Source: the human T2T-CHM13v2.0 reference genome, Homo sapiens
Length of the DNA: 64,000 bases
Reading direction: 5' to 3' (one strand)
Assembly: GCF_009914755.1 (NCBI RefSeq)
Contig: NC_060934.1
Shown: one piece after another, positions 1-13,897 of the stretch
How the letters are laid out: each line of letters begins with the position of its first letter
How positions within the stretch are numbered: the first letter of the stretch is position 1
Notes under the pieces: generated by a model
What the model was told of the DNA's origin: nothing
Seen by the model: the letters and a program-made list of their open reading frames with translations, nothing else
Databases searched by the model: none
Position numbers and translations under genes: made by a program

Positions 1-205
1 TCTCAGGTTGGTGGTTTCCTTTCCCCAGCTTTGCTGCTGACCTACCCATGGTCTTGAGCCAGTCTCTCCCGCTCTGGGCTTCAGTGCTGCCCAGGTGACG
101 GTGTTGACCATCTATGATGACACTGTCAGGACACAATGCTGAGTTGGTAATCTGGAGGTTCAGGGTGGTGGGCTTGCTGTGTGGCTCTGAGCAAGTGGCT
201 TCAGC

Positions 206-317
206 TAGGGTGAACAGGGCATTCCAGCTTAGCACTGAAAGTCCCGCATCCCAGGAAACCGCCCCCCGCCCCTCCCCTACCTCGTTCCTGGGCAAACTGT
301 GCTGGTTGGCCACCCTT
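206..317 (+). mobile_element. MER81-like non-autonomous hAT (Blackjack group) DNA transposon
   Basis: Starts TAGGGTGA, ends TGGTTGGCCACCCT (terminal inverted repeat); internal TTAGCACTGAAAGTCCCGCATCCCAGGAAACC matches the recalled MER81 consensus. Confidence 0.75.
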
Positions 318-874
318 CAGCCTCTGGGCCGAGACTTCCTGGATGAGCCTGTACAGGTCTTTGCCAGCTCACTGCATGGCCCCCTCCAGGACTGAGGGTC
401 GGACTTGCCTTCCTGGACAGACTCTGAGCCTGACTGGTGGGACAGGACAGACACCTGTCCTGGTGAACCCAGGCTGCTTCTGGGACAGGCAGGCTGCATG
501 AGCAGGTATTAGAAATTGGGACCAGAGTGGGAACAGATAGAGGCGCTGGGGCAGGGGAGGAGACTTGGAGAGAGTGGTCCCAAGGGCCTGGACCTGAGGG
601 GAGGGGTCTGATCAGCAGAGAAGAGCAGAGAAATATATTCCAGGGGAAGCCACAGATTGGGCAAAGCCTGGGAGGCCAGGTGGTAGGGCACGCGACGCCA
701 AGCCCTGTGCTGAGCATCAGCTAGATGGCAGGCCCCAAATGGACTTCCAGGGCCTCTCAGTTGAATTTCTAAATCCACTGTCTCCACTCTCTGAATTCCT
801 CTGGCCGTGTCCACTGCCAAACAATTTGCACCAAAAACAAACACATAAAAAAGAAAAACCCAACAAACAAGTTT

Positions 875-897
875 CCCCCCCCCCGCCCCCCCCCCCG
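875..897. repeat. poly-C tract (G-quadruplex/i-motif prone)
   Basis: Two long C runs interrupted by a single G. Confidence 0.85.
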
Positions 898-918
898 CAA
901 ATAAAGATAGACTTTGCT

Positions 919-1221
<303 letters not shown>

Positions 1222-1586
1222 GATAGACTTTTCCCAGAAACTAAAAGCCCCCAAGATGGGGCTCTGAAAGTGGATGGCTATGCTCCCATGCCTCCCTGAC
1301 TCTCTGTGCAGCCCAGCCAGCAGGGGCAGACCGCCCCAGGCAGAGGGCCTGCTTCAAATACCCTCAAGGCCTACCCACACCAAGGATGCAGATTGGCTTC
1401 TCCAGGCACTGCCCACTTGCTCAACCTCAGCCCTGCGAAGCATTTCACCAACTCCCCTGGTGGCAGGGAGTCACCTGCCCATCCTAGTTGTATGTGCCCA
1501 AGAGGCCTTGTCCCCAAGCCTCCACATCCTAGCTAGACAGCCCTAAACAAGTCACTTACCCTCTCTGAGCCTCAGTGACCTCATCT

Positions 1587-2378
1587 GCTAAAGAAAGATT
1601 ATGGAGATTTCTGCCCACCAGCAAGCGAGTCATCAGTTCTGCAGCAGATGCCAGCTGGGTGTCCCCTAATTCAATTCACTTCAAACACCATCCACCTGGA
1701 GATAGCATCAGATCCCACAGGGTGAGGATTCAGTCCCCTAACTCTGAGCCCCACTTCTGATGCCCACCGCAAACCCCAGGTTATTCTGCCTGTGCTTCTG
1801 ACCGTTCGTCTATGAATCGGGGTTCCCACAACCCCCTGCTTGGGTCTGATTAATTTGCCCGAGCGGCTCACAGAACTCTTGGAAAAATGTTTACTGGTTT
1901 ATAACAAAAGATATTTTAAAGGATACAAATAAACATCCAGATGAAGAGAGGCACAGGGCGAGGTCCGGAAGGGGTGCTCCCATGCCCTCTCTTGGAGTGC
2001 CACCTTCCAAGTGCCTCCAAACGTTCAGCTGTCTGGAGGCTCCCGGAACCCAGATTTGTTGCATTTTTATGGCGATGTCATTATGTAGTCATGATTGATT
2101 AAAACATTGGCCATTGGTGATCAACTCAACCTTCAGCCCTTCTCCCCACCCACCCCCAGATGGGGGAGGTGGGGCTGGAAGCCCCAACCCTCTAATCCTT
2201 GGTCTTTCTGGTGACCAGCCCACATCCTGAAGTGTCCTAGGAGCAGCCAGCCAGCAATCAACTCATTAGCATACAAAAAGAAACTTATCACTTTGGAGAG
2301 TCCAAGGATTTTAGGAGTCCTATGCCAGGAAATGGGATGGGAGGAGGGGGAAACAAATATGTATTTCACCATATCTCA
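1587..2378 (-). mobile_element. MER21-family solo LTR, apparently nested in a MIR
   Basis: Minus strand reads TGAGATATGGTGAAATACATATTTG...CTCCTAAAATCCTTGGACTCTCCAAAGTGATAAG...GGTCACCAGAAAGACCAAGG, matching recalled MER21 consensus; MIR core (CCTCTCTGAGCCTCAG...CTCATCTG) lies to its left. Left boundary approximate. Confidence 0.8.
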
Positions 2379-4930
2379 AGGGTAATAAAACATGCCTTGG
2401 GCAGTCTGGAGACATGGTGAGCTCAGAGGGTGAGGCACTTCCTGGAAGCCCAGTGAACATATTTGTGCCCCTCTTCTGGAAACTGCAAAACCCCCCAGAA
2501 GGTGAGAGGCAAATTCACTGAGCGCAGTGAAAGTCAGCTCCACTCTTGCATTGGGAGGAGGGGAGGGGCTACAGAAAATGGGAGTAGGGGTGCTCAGAAT
2601 AAAACTGTCCCTGTCACAGTGGCTGCTCAGCTGGTCTGTGGCCTCTGCTGGGGCCAGGGCTGGACCTGCCCTGCCTTCTCCCCACATATTTGCTAAGCAT
2701 CTTCAGCCTCCTGCAACACAGGGTCACGTGGCACGATTTCACCCACACACGTACATGCCGCCTGAGTTACAGACCCCCTGTACTCCATTTTCTCACTGAC
2801 CCTACGGAAGGTCTTGGAGTTCCCATTATTTGAACCAATAAACTGAGACTAGGAGAGGCAAGGCAGCTTCACCCACATCCCACCATGCAAAGCAATTCAA
2901 GCACTGAAACTAGGTCTAAGAGGTCTGGATTATTTTCACCTTCCAGCGCGTGCAAAGGAACCCAAAGCAAAAGTCTCCGGCAAGAAAGGGGTCTTTGGGA
3001 GCCACCAAGTTTCTGAACAGGGGAGTGGTGTGATTAGGTGGGCCACAGAAAACTGCACTGAGGACCTTGAGCCTGAGGACAGCAAGACTGGCAAAAAGGC
3101 CATCGTAGAAGTACAGGCAACTGGGAGTGCGGAGGCGAGTGTGGGGTCAGTGCTGCTATGCCAGATCACCACGGGTCTCCGTGTCAGCCTGTGTGTGGCC
3201 TCAGAGGTGGGCAGAGGAGCAACAGAGGAGGAGTGGGTTGGGATGTGGAGGGGATTTAGACGGTGCTCACGGCCTTCCACACTGACTGCCAGCTTTCATT
3301 CTTCCAACACGCCCTGCAGTGGGCCCACCTCCCCAGACAGGAGCAGCGGGAGGCTCAGGGGCAGGCGTGACTCCCCCAGTGAGAGGCAAGCCCCCAAGGC
3401 CGCCGCGGGACTGTGCCCGCTCCCCATCACACACCAGGCTCCTGTGCCCACCACTTTTTTCTAGGCTGATTCCCCATGCCAGCTTGATGAACAATCTAAT
3501 AAAGGGGGCAATCACATTATTCCTGAATGCATTTTAATAAAAATCAAATAAAAGCAATTATGTGAATTTCCAAGAGGATCACCTCTTCTCCTTTCCCTGA
3601 GGTAGGAAACGGAATGAATTCAGGAAATCATTAAAATCAGAAACCCGAGCTGTGTGCCACTGCCGCGCTGGCGGCTGCTACACAAAGGCAGCAGGGAAAC
3701 CCAGTCCCTGGCGGCAGCACGGGTGCATTTCTTAGCTCTTTGAGTGGAAATTCCACCTATGGGTGAAGAAGGGTAATTAAGGGCCAGGAGAGATGCTTTG
3801 AATGCAGGCTGCCTTTGCCCCTCCAGTGCAAACTTCCCAGCTTCAAAGGGGACTCAGACTCCCTGAGTGAGAGCTCTCCAACCTGGCTGCTGGGGGCCTG
3901 GCGGGGAGGGCAGGGGCAGGGCTCGGGAGAGGGTCCCCAAATGAGTGCAGCTCTCCCCTGTATGGGGGAAGTGCACCTCTCAGCCTGACTGGAGGCCAGA
4001 ACGCTGGGTGTGAGTGCACAAGGGACCCACTGAGAGTTGGTAGGTACCTGTTCCTCCCTCCAGCATCCCCAAAAGGGACACAAGCCTTGTGATTTGCAAG
4101 GCCCTTCTGATGTCTCATTGGTTATTCTGTCCTCCATGTGACCCTGGGATTGATGTGCTCATTTGGGGCTGAGGCTGTTGCAGCCAGAGGCAGCCAGGGA
4201 CATGCCCAAGGCCAACCAGCTGGTGAGGCAATGTCAGGACTGGAATTTGGGTTCGAAATCCTGGGGCCAAGAGGCAGGCCCAAATCCTGTGGGTCCAGGT
4301 GTTCTGGACACAACTTGGCTTGGCCACACATTCTTGCTTACAAGAATAAGCATTGACCACCCCAACTGCCATTTCCTGGGCCCTGATCCGAGACAATGCC
4401 TCCCTCTCCAAACATCATGAAGTATGTTCATCTTTTCGGTACAGGTTAGGGACTAAGATTCAGCAGGATGAAGCCTCCTGCCCACAGCCCACAGCTAGAA
4501 GTGAGGAATCCTGGATTCTGCCCTGGGCTGTCACAGTGTCCATAGCCAAAGATTCTAATGGCCATGCCATAATGCCATCCTCTTCCCAGAAAGGGGCCTT
4601 CACTCAGGGTCTTCCAGGTTGCATTTGGGTGCCAGGCAAGGAAAGACAGGGATCCTCCAGCCCCTATATTCACGCTGGCCGAAACTCCATGTCATCCTGC
4701 CACCTTAAGGGGGGGCCAATAGTGGCCCAGAAGGGAGCACCTGATCATGCCTCAGATCATCCTCCTCAGCCACCAGGGTCCTAATTCTCAGACTCGGGGG
4801 GCGGGGGGCGGGGAGGGCAAGAAGAGACAGGAAAGTGGGCAGCCTGAGTTAAACGAACAAACTGGGTCTGGGAGGGAGAGGGCCGGCACTCGCCATGGGC
4901 ATCCTTAGGCAACTCCCATCACCTCTCTGG

Positions 4931-4989
4931 GCATGTGTGCATGTGTGTGTATGTGTGTATGTGTGCATGCGTGTGTGTGGTATGTGTGT
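4931..4989. repeat. Degenerate (TG)n simple repeat
   Basis: gcatgtgtgcatgtgtgtgtatgtgtgtatgtgtgcatgcgtgtgtg. Confidence 0.85.
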
Positions 4990-6448
4990 TGGGGGAGGGG
5001 TGGCCCGGTCCCCAGTTCAGACATGGGGTAGTGCTGTCCTACACGGTCCAGTCTAACTCAGGTCAGAGCTTCCCTTAATTCCTCCTGCTGCTAACAGCTG
5101 TGATGCCCTCCTACAGGATGCCCAGGGAAATGCCCCCCAAAAAGTGTGGTTTCCAGTAGGGGAAAGGAGGGTGCAGGAGAGGATTCTGGGTGGGCCCTGT
5201 CAATGCCAGTTTTCTCTTGAAGTAGGGGTTTCTGGCACTTAGGATGGAGAATTGAGCACCGGACTGCTGGTCTCATTGTCCGTCCCCTCTGTTGACTCAA
5301 CAGGTGCCCCTCTCAGGCATCAGGACCTCAAAGTCCTCCTCTGGGAAGTAGAGGGGGGGGTGCCTGGCCTTGGGGGCTCCTGTGCAGGGGGACCAGGACA
5401 GAAAGACACTGTGTGAGTGCTCAGTCATTCCTGTCCCCTAGGGGCCAGCTGCCCTGCGCACTGCTCTGCCCCAACCCCTCAGGTCTTGCACACAGCAGGC
5501 ACTCCATAAATGTGCACTGTGAGATGTTCAGAGAGAACACAGGCCTGTCCAGGAGGGGGGTTAAAAGCAGGAAAAGGCAGTGGCCCTGCATGCTTCGCAA
5601 GACCTATAGCCTTGGCACCCCGTGTATGCACACGTGTGTGTAAACACGTGTATGAACGTGAGCACTCCTGCAACCACGCCCACCTTTGGGCACACCCACT
5701 GGCCTGATCATGTGCCTGAACAGCAGACAGGTAAACAGCAGGCACAAGCCCCAGGCAGTCTCCCCACAGACTTGCCTCCAAATCCCCAGTCCACACAGAA
5801 CTTGGAGCAAACTGGCTAGGACCCTGGAGGTCCAGGCCCATGGGGTTTCACAGGGATGCCCATCTGCTGTCACCTGCATGCCGATTCTATCTTGGTCACT
5901 CTGGGAGCTTCTCCTCCAGGTCTGACACCCAGCTGTGCCTGGGATCCAGGATCAAGGCTGTTCTTCCTGCCCTGGGATAAGGGCTGATAGAAGGATGCCC
6001 AAAACTCTGTCAGGGGAGAAGAGGACAGATCCAGCTCTGCTGGGGGAGAGGGGCAAGGGGTCACAGGGAAGGCATCTCCAGAACGAAACCTTGGAGTTGG
6101 ACCTGGAAGAAGGAACTGGGTTCCCACAACAGTCTAGCGAAGGGAATTCCAGGTGGAGGAATGGCTTACGCAAATGCAAGGCAGCATGCCATGTTCAGAG
6201 AATGCCCAGCTGCCGGAAGGCCCCCACCCTCCTTCTACTGGCCGTACCAGGAAGAAATGTCCTGTTTCAGGGCACTCACTGGAATGAGGGGGCCAAACAG
6301 AGCACTCACAGCACTGAAGCGAAGAGGCACATGGGGTGCAAGTGGCTCCTCCAAGTTCTCTCTCTATCCCTTTAAATAATGCACTTCCCCTGGGAATGAA
6401 TAATTGGGAGTGCAGAATAGAATGCAACATCTCAAAAGTGCAGTTAGC

Positions 6449-6747
6449 AGCTGGATGTGGTGGCTCACACTTGTAATGCCAGCACTTTGGGAGGCTGAGA
6501 CGGGAGCACTGTTTGAGGCCAGGAGTTTGAGGCCAGCCTGGGCAACATAGCAAGACCCTGTCTTTGCATAAAAATTAAAAAAAAATTAGCTGGGCATGGT
6601 GGCATGCACCTGCAGTCCCAGCTATTTGGGAGGCTGAGGTGGGAGGATCGCTTGAGCCAGGAGATCAAGGCTATAATGAGCCAGGATCACATCACTGCAC
6701 TCGGGTGTAGGTGACAGAGTGAGATCCCACCTCTTAAAAAAAAAAAA
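6449..6747 (+). mobile_element. AluJ
   Basis: Diverged dimeric Alu with J-type GGAGGATCGCTTGAGCC; partial TSD AAAAGTGCAGT. Confidence 0.9.
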
Positions 6748-6811
6748 GTGCAGTGAGTGAAGGGGTCTCCACACAGGTGCTAAAACTTTCTGTTAAAAAG
6801 AGGCAGGGAGA

Positions 6812-7111
6812 GGCTGGGCGTGGTAGCTCATGCCTGTAATCCCGGCACTTTGGGAAGCGAGGTGGGTGGATCACCTGAGGTCAGGAGTTTGAGACCAGCC
6901 TGGCCAACATGGTGAACCCTCATCATTACTAAAAATACAAAACATTAGCCTGGCGTGGTGGTGCACACCTGTAATCCCAACTACACAGGAGGCTAAGGCA
7001 GGAGAATCGCTTGAACTCAGGAGGCAGAGGTTTCAGTGAACCGAGATCACGCCACTGCACTCCAGCCTGGGCAACAGAATGAGACTCCTTAAAAAACAAA
7101 CAAACAAAAAC
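6812..7111 (+). mobile_element. AluS (AluSx-like)
   Basis: GGATCACCTGAGGTCAGGAG left arm, (AAAC)n tail. Confidence 0.93.
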
Positions 7112-7124
7112 AGCAGAGAGTAAT

Positions 7125-7297
7125 GACAATTAGGATAGTGGCTCCTTCTGGGAAGTAGGGGGCTGGGAAGGTCGGAGCTTCACAAGTGTCCCTAATACTC
7201 TAGTTCTTCAGCAGAGTAGTCATGAGCATTCATTGTAATGTTTCATGGCTTACAAATAGTCTTTTATATGTACAAAATATAATGTAATAAAAAACTT
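7125..7297 (+). mobile_element. Old L1M 3' end fragment
   Basis: AGGATAGTGG...GGGAAG start, AT-rich end with AATAAAAAA, typical of old L1 3' UTRs. Confidence 0.45.
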
Positions 7298-10134
7298 TAA
7301 TTGTGTTTATGTCCAAGTTTATGGGGCTGTTCGAGGCCCAGTTGGCTGAGACACCGCAGGGCGATGACCTGAGCTTGGCATCCTCATAGGTGCTGCACCC
7401 CTGCTCTGGGGCAGTGTCAGGGCCTGGACCCTTGTCTGAGCTCCACTGGGTCCATAGAAGAGTCCAGTCATTTCTGGAACCAGATGGAGCATACAGGAAG
7501 GTAGGAGATGCATGTCCAGCCAATTCCCTCTCTGTGTGGGATTGGGCATGTCCTTCCCCTGCCTGGGTCTCAGTGTCACCCCCTACAGGGAGGGGACTTT
7601 GGCCACCTGTGTCCTGGATTTGGTCAGACTTCACCACTCACCAGATAGTTACACAGGACTCTTTCCCCACCTATAAAGTGGGACTCATAAGAGCATTGCT
7701 GAGGACTGCATGAGGCAATGTATGTTAAGGCGCAGTCCCTGGCATGTCATGAATACGCCGTAGATGCTGGTTTCAAAAAAATCACCAGAACGAAGACCCA
7801 CCACGGAAACAGGGCGGGGTTGGAGTCTGGAAGATGTGTGCTCCCAGCCTGGCTCCACCTCTCAGTGGCCAGAAGCCTCCGGAGACCTTTCAACCCTGGG
7901 CCTCACTCTGCTCTTGTGCAAAATGGGAACAGCAGAGCCCCCTTTGGAGAGGAGAAGGTCGGTCAGGAAGAAAGAGGATGAGTCTGGTGAAGGAGAGTGT
8001 GTTGCCCACAGCAGGTCAGTAACCAGGGCTATAATCCCCCAAGCCCCTCCCAAGGGCGAAACCCCAGTCTGCCACATGGAAGGATGTGCCCCAGGCCTCA
8101 CCAAGGCAGCCCCTAATCTCAGGCCAGACCCAGCGCCTGCTCCTGCTCAGAGTTAGGGGCTGGGGCTAGAGAGATGGATCAAAGGCGGAGAAAATTAGCA
8201 TGACAGTGAACCCAAGAAGGGAGGCCAGGATTAATTCACTCTCCTCTCCCTGCTGTCCCTTCTGCAGCCCAGGGAGCCTGCCAGGGTTGCAGGAAGGGTC
8301 ACCTTTTACCCCAATCCCCTACCACACACCTGAGGCCCAGTTCTTACAGAAGACGGCAGGGCAGGGACCTGCCATGAGAAGCGGATCCGCTGTGCACACA
8401 TTCCAGAGCCGTAGTCTTGAAGGGATAGGAATGAAGGCACCTGGGCAGAAGGGACATCTGCAGAGGCTGGAGCCTGGACATGGGTCCAGGGGGTGCACTG
8501 TGAGTCCACAGACCCCACCATGTCGTGTCAGGCACACTGGAGCCCGTGTGAACGCGTGGGTGTGTATCCGTCATTCTGGGAATGGGACTTGTTGGTGCTT
8601 GGTTGTCAGTCTGAGGCCCAAAGCCCACATGTGCCCTATGTGTGCATCTGCGGCAGGGTGGGTGTGGTGCCTGCAGATGCATTTGTGGCTCTGAATTGAT
8701 GGTTGTGTGTGCAAAAGTGTGAGCCTTGTGCCTATGAGACGTTGGGCAGCCATGGTGTTGAGTGTGTGGACATGTAGGCGCCTGTATGGGCAGAGGGATG
8801 TCAATTGTGGTTCTGCAGCTACCTGAGAACCTTGAGATGAGCAGAAAAGAAACGTGTGAGAGGGACGACTCACAATGGTCATAATTTCCCATACAGAAAG
8901 GGTGAGAAGGCGGTTCAGAGGCCCATCCCTTGGGCCCGCCTTCCTGGCTCCATGGGCTATTCCCATCCCTTAGACTTCGCCTTCCCTGCCGTGGAACCCT
9001 GTGGAACACCTGGCTTACCCTCTCTGTGCCTCAGTTTCCTTATGTGAAATGAGGGAACTCACAGCGTGGCTGTGAGGACTGAACTAGTTAGTATGAGGGA
9101 AGAGCATTTAAAACAGCCCTTGGAACATGAAGAGTGCTCTCCAAGGGACATGGCTGGGCTCAACTGGGTTGGCCAGAGGAACAGGATCTAACCCAGAACT
9201 ATCCTTGCAGAAGCCCAGGAGGAAGACTGCTTTGAGGCAGCAGAGTCAGGCAGCCTTGGGAAAATGCAGTATGTGGTGCTGGAAGAATCCCAGCCAGGGC
9301 CAGCTTAGCAGACCTGGATTCACTGGCCAAGCACACAGGGCTCCTTGCACCACCTCCTTCTCTCCCAGCTTCCCACTCTCCCTCCCCGCAGTACCTTTCC
9401 CCCATTTCCTGCCCCAGGAGCGTCAGGCCCATCCCCACACAGCCCTATCTCATCCTTTAATCGGCATGCAAGGTCCACCCTTTATGCCCATTCTGAACTG
9501 GAGAAATTGAGGCTTGAAGAAATGGAGGGATGGGACTGGCACAGCTGAATTCGGGAACCCAGGACTTTGGAATCTCAGAGTAGCTTGCAGAGAAGCAAAA
9601 TGCCAATATGGCCCCGAGGGCAGCACAGGTGACTCTCAGCTCTCCTGGGCCTGCACTGGCTCTCAAGGCCCCTGAAAATGTCCTCCATTCCCTATTGAAT
9701 CACAGACTGGGAAACCAACATGCCCCTCCCCAAGTTCACAGTCTCTGCTCCATCCCACCCACCAGAACCAGTGAAAATGTCTAGTCTGACACCTAGGTGA
9801 ACCCCTAATATACCTCTCCCATGTCTACAATTTTGGTCCTCCTGTTCGCCCTGCCTTGTCCATCCTCATTTGGTGGCAAGCGCCACCTCTCCGGGAAGCC
9901 TCCTCTGATTGCCTTATTGATTATCACCTTCTAGTCCCCTGGCCTCCAGATACCTGGGGACACTCCTTTCTTCAGCACTAACCACTCACCTGTTAGGATG
10001 TCCTAATGCGCAGACCAGGGTCTTCCTTGTATCACTCCACCCCCACCCTGCAGGTCAGGGCAAGGATGCTCAAAGGCTGCAGTGAACCATGGGCACATAC
10101 ACTCACACCCCTCCAGAAGCCATACTATTCAATA

Positions 10135-10365
10135 GCTAAGGCTTTGAGGTGGATTTTCTTGGATTCAAATCTCAGCTCTCTCACTCACTAGCTGTGTGAC
10201 CTTGGGCTTGTTACCTAACCCCTCTGTGCCTCAGATTGCTCATCTGTTAATGGGAATAATGCTTCCAATGCCACAAGGTTGTGAGAATGAATGAGCTAAC
10301 ATATGTAAGCTCTTACCTTATGTATGGTATTGCTGTGTAAGTGTTGGTCATTGTTATTAATATTG
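10135..10365 (+). mobile_element. MIR SINE
   Basis: GGATTCAAATCTCAGCTCT...CTAGCTGTGTGACCTTGGG...CTCTGTGCCTCAG...CTCATCTG core. Confidence 0.85.
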
Positions 10366-10504
10366 TTATGTTATTATTACCAGGAGGCTACAGAGAAGTA
10401 TTGCACACAATCTCTGTCCCCAAGAGGATGGGAGTCCAGACAGGAGCAGGAAATGGGGTTGACATTTCTAATCCTACCAGTTGCTCAAAACCACATTGGA
10501 AGTA

Positions 10505-10640
10505 GTTATCACCATCCCCACTTTACAGATAAGGAAACTGAGGCTCCCAAAGGTGTTGTGAGCTCCCCGAGGGCTCACAGCTCTGAGTCGCAGGGTTGGG
10601 ATTGAGGGCCAGGTCATGCGGCTCCAAAGTCCACGCTCTT
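10505..10640 (-). mobile_element. MIR SINE
   Basis: CCCCACTTTACAGATAAGGAAACTGAGGCTC = reverse complement of the MIR core. Confidence 0.8.
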
Positions 10641-11205
10641 TCAACAGGCCCGCGTTGCCTCTCAGTCTGGCAGGGAGATAAGCCGTGTACACAAATAGCT
10701 GCAATCCCAGGTAGAAAGTGATAAGTGCCAAACAGGGGCGATAAAGGCTCTGGGAGGGGAGGAGACTGCCCACTGCGGGAGGGGCTAGGGTGGGGGTCAG
10801 GACAGGCTTCACAGAGTGGGCAGCATCTCTGCGCAAGCTAAGACATGGGTCGCTGAATCCACAGTATCTAGCAGTGTCTGACATTGTCACAGGGGCCCAG
10901 GAAATATTTGTGAAAGAAAGAGAGGAAGGAAGGGAGGTGAAGAGGGAGAGAGAAAGGCAGAATGGGAGGGTGGCTATGCTCTGACCCCACTTGGCCCAGG
11001 AACTTGCTCCTCTCACAGGAAGACATAGTCAAGAGCTGCCACCAATTAGAGAAGGCCTTCATGGGGTCCCCATTGTCCTGTGACACCCCAGAGAAGTAGT
11101 TCAGGACTTTCAGGCCAGAGTTCCTGACAATCAGATGTTTTGCTCAATACCAGAAAGAACTTCCCAATGAGTAAAGCTAGACAAGACTTCTCTGCGGGGC
11201 AGGGG

Positions 11206-11435
11206 AAATGGTGTGTTGGAGCCTGTTCATATGGCTCACAAGGGCCGATTGTTAAATTTTCAGGAACTGCGCGAGCTGGTTGATGGAACCAACCAGCTGT
11301 GCCAGCTGGCTCTGGTCGGCAGCTTGAAACTGGCCATGGTGGGGGTATTTACACCGTAGACATCGGCAAATACTACAAACCAGGTTCTCCCCACTTTGGG
11401 GAGCCAGCTGTTAAACATTTACCAGCACACCACTG
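11206..11435 (+). mobile_element. MER63A-like hAT MITE
   Basis: TIRs TGGTGTGTTGG / CCAGCACACCACTG; internal GCCGATTGTTAAATTTTCAGGAA and GCTTGAAACTGGCCATGGTGGGGGTATTTACACC match recalled MER63A. Confidence 0.8.
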
Positions 11436-13487
11436 GCAGAGGTCTGCTATGTGAGGGAGCAAGCAGCCCGTCCCTGGAAGAGTACAAGCAAAGACAGTCT
11501 CCTCCTGGCAGGAACGAGGCTAAGGGGTTCTTTCTTAGTGAAGGGCTCAGAGCAAATGATCTCAGAAGCCCTGTTCTGGCTCTAAGAGCCTAGGAAAAGT
11601 CGGGTTTAAGAAAAAAAACTAAATCAGGATAATTCATGCCGGGAAATCATGAACCACTAGACCCAGAGACTGGGAGTAGGGAAGAGACCTGAGAAAATGT
11701 GTGAGGGGCCACATGCTTGGATTTCTCAGGTGGAAAACTCGGTCCAAGGTGACATGGAGAGTCAGGGGCAATGCTAGGACTAGAACTTATGTCTCTGGCT
11801 GCCCATCTCACGGTTCCTTCTAGGACATATGGGCTGGGCAACTAGGAAGAGGGGGATCTTTCTGCACGAAGTCTGGTGTCTGTCTCAGAATATAAGCTCT
11901 GCAGCAGTGTGGACCAAATCTGTTTTGTTCACTGTTGGAGATCTGGCATATAGCAAGTATTTAATAAATATTCCTTAAAGGAATCGATGTGTCTGAGATC
12001 CTGTCTCCTGGCAGCATTTGGTCGGGTGGAGGTGGTGGGGGCTGGGAATGTCATCCTCTGACACCGTCACTTCCTGAGTCCCCACTGCAGCTTAGTGACA
12101 TGGAATCAAGAGACCAGGGTTCAAATCCCAACTCTGTCACCTCCTTTGACCTTGGCCAAACCATTATGCCTCCTGAACCCTTAGTTTATTCTTCTACGAA
12201 GTGGGTTAGCAATCCCTGCCTGCCTCTTGAGGCTGCTGTGGCACTTGCGTGAGACGTCAAGTACTTTTTACAAACTAAAGAGCTGTGTCCACAGGAGGAA
12301 GGGGGTGCCAGGAGAGCTGGCTGTGGTGGCAGTGCCAACCCAAGGGTCCCTGGTGGACACTGGACAGTGGCCAGGATGCTGCTCTCTTAGAACTGCTGCT
12401 TGGGGTAATCTGGGTCAAACTAGCCAATAGCCTGTGGAGAGGAGGTCTGAGTACCAGACAGCTCACGAAAGGGGCAGGAAGCACAGGATGAAATGAAGAT
12501 GGTAAGGGAGAGTTGGAGAAGTCCTTTTTCCTCCTAAGACCAAAGGCAGAAGGCAAACTAGCAACTTAAAAAACTGTTTTTGTCTCTGTAGAGCTGTTCA
12601 TCATGTTCCCCTTTCCCCCACAAGACCTTCACTATTGCAAGAGGCCTTAATGTGTGAGCTGAGGACTGGCACCTGCCAAGTCAGGTGGGGGTGGGGTGGA
12701 AAATCCTCATATGTCCTAGAATCAGACCAGTGTTTCAAACGATTTTGGAAGAGGGATTTGTGTCGCTCTCCCAGACAAGCATCCCAAGTCCCCTCCTGGT
12801 AGGGTGGGAGGACAGGCTGGCGGGGAGGGAGGCCCAGCGCACCCCAGGCTGTGAGTGGATGAAGAAGGAAAGCAGGGGGTGGGGGTGCTCCTCCAACCCT
12901 CCCCCAAGTGCCATCTGATTTTTGCAAAGAGGGTGAAGGCAGCAGGAGGCTCAGAGCCAGGGCCAGGGAGGCAGGTGGAGAGGGTGTCCGTGGAGGGGCT
13001 GCACCGTCAGCCTGGGCCCCCAGTGGAAAGCAAAATAGAAAGGCCCTGTGTCAGCAGCCAGGCCCCTGGGCAGCCGGGCTCTCGGCTCCATTCTGTTCAG
13101 TGGGATTCTGGTTGGCACCAGCTGCAGTCAGGAACAATGCCTGGATTTCTTTCTTTCTTTCTTTCTTTTTTCCATTTTAATAGAGGGGGGAGAAGGACCA
13201 GAGCCACTCATTGAACAGCTCAGAATTGTGGAGGCATCTGGGACCGTGTGTCCTTGAAAACAGCACAGTCGCAGGGGCCCCACAGCTGGCTGCAAGGTGC
13301 AAGAAGGCATGATACACTGGGAGCTCCAGGTCCCAGCCCTGCTGCTGTCTCATACTTGCTTGCTGTGTGACCTTAGGCAGGTCCATGCCCCACTCTGGCT
13401 TCCCCACAGCCCCACCAGAGCTTGCCTTCCAGGACCCACTCAATGCCAACTCTTCTTCTTCCCCGAACTCTTAGAATGGCATTGGGT

Positions 13488-13897
<410 letters not shown>

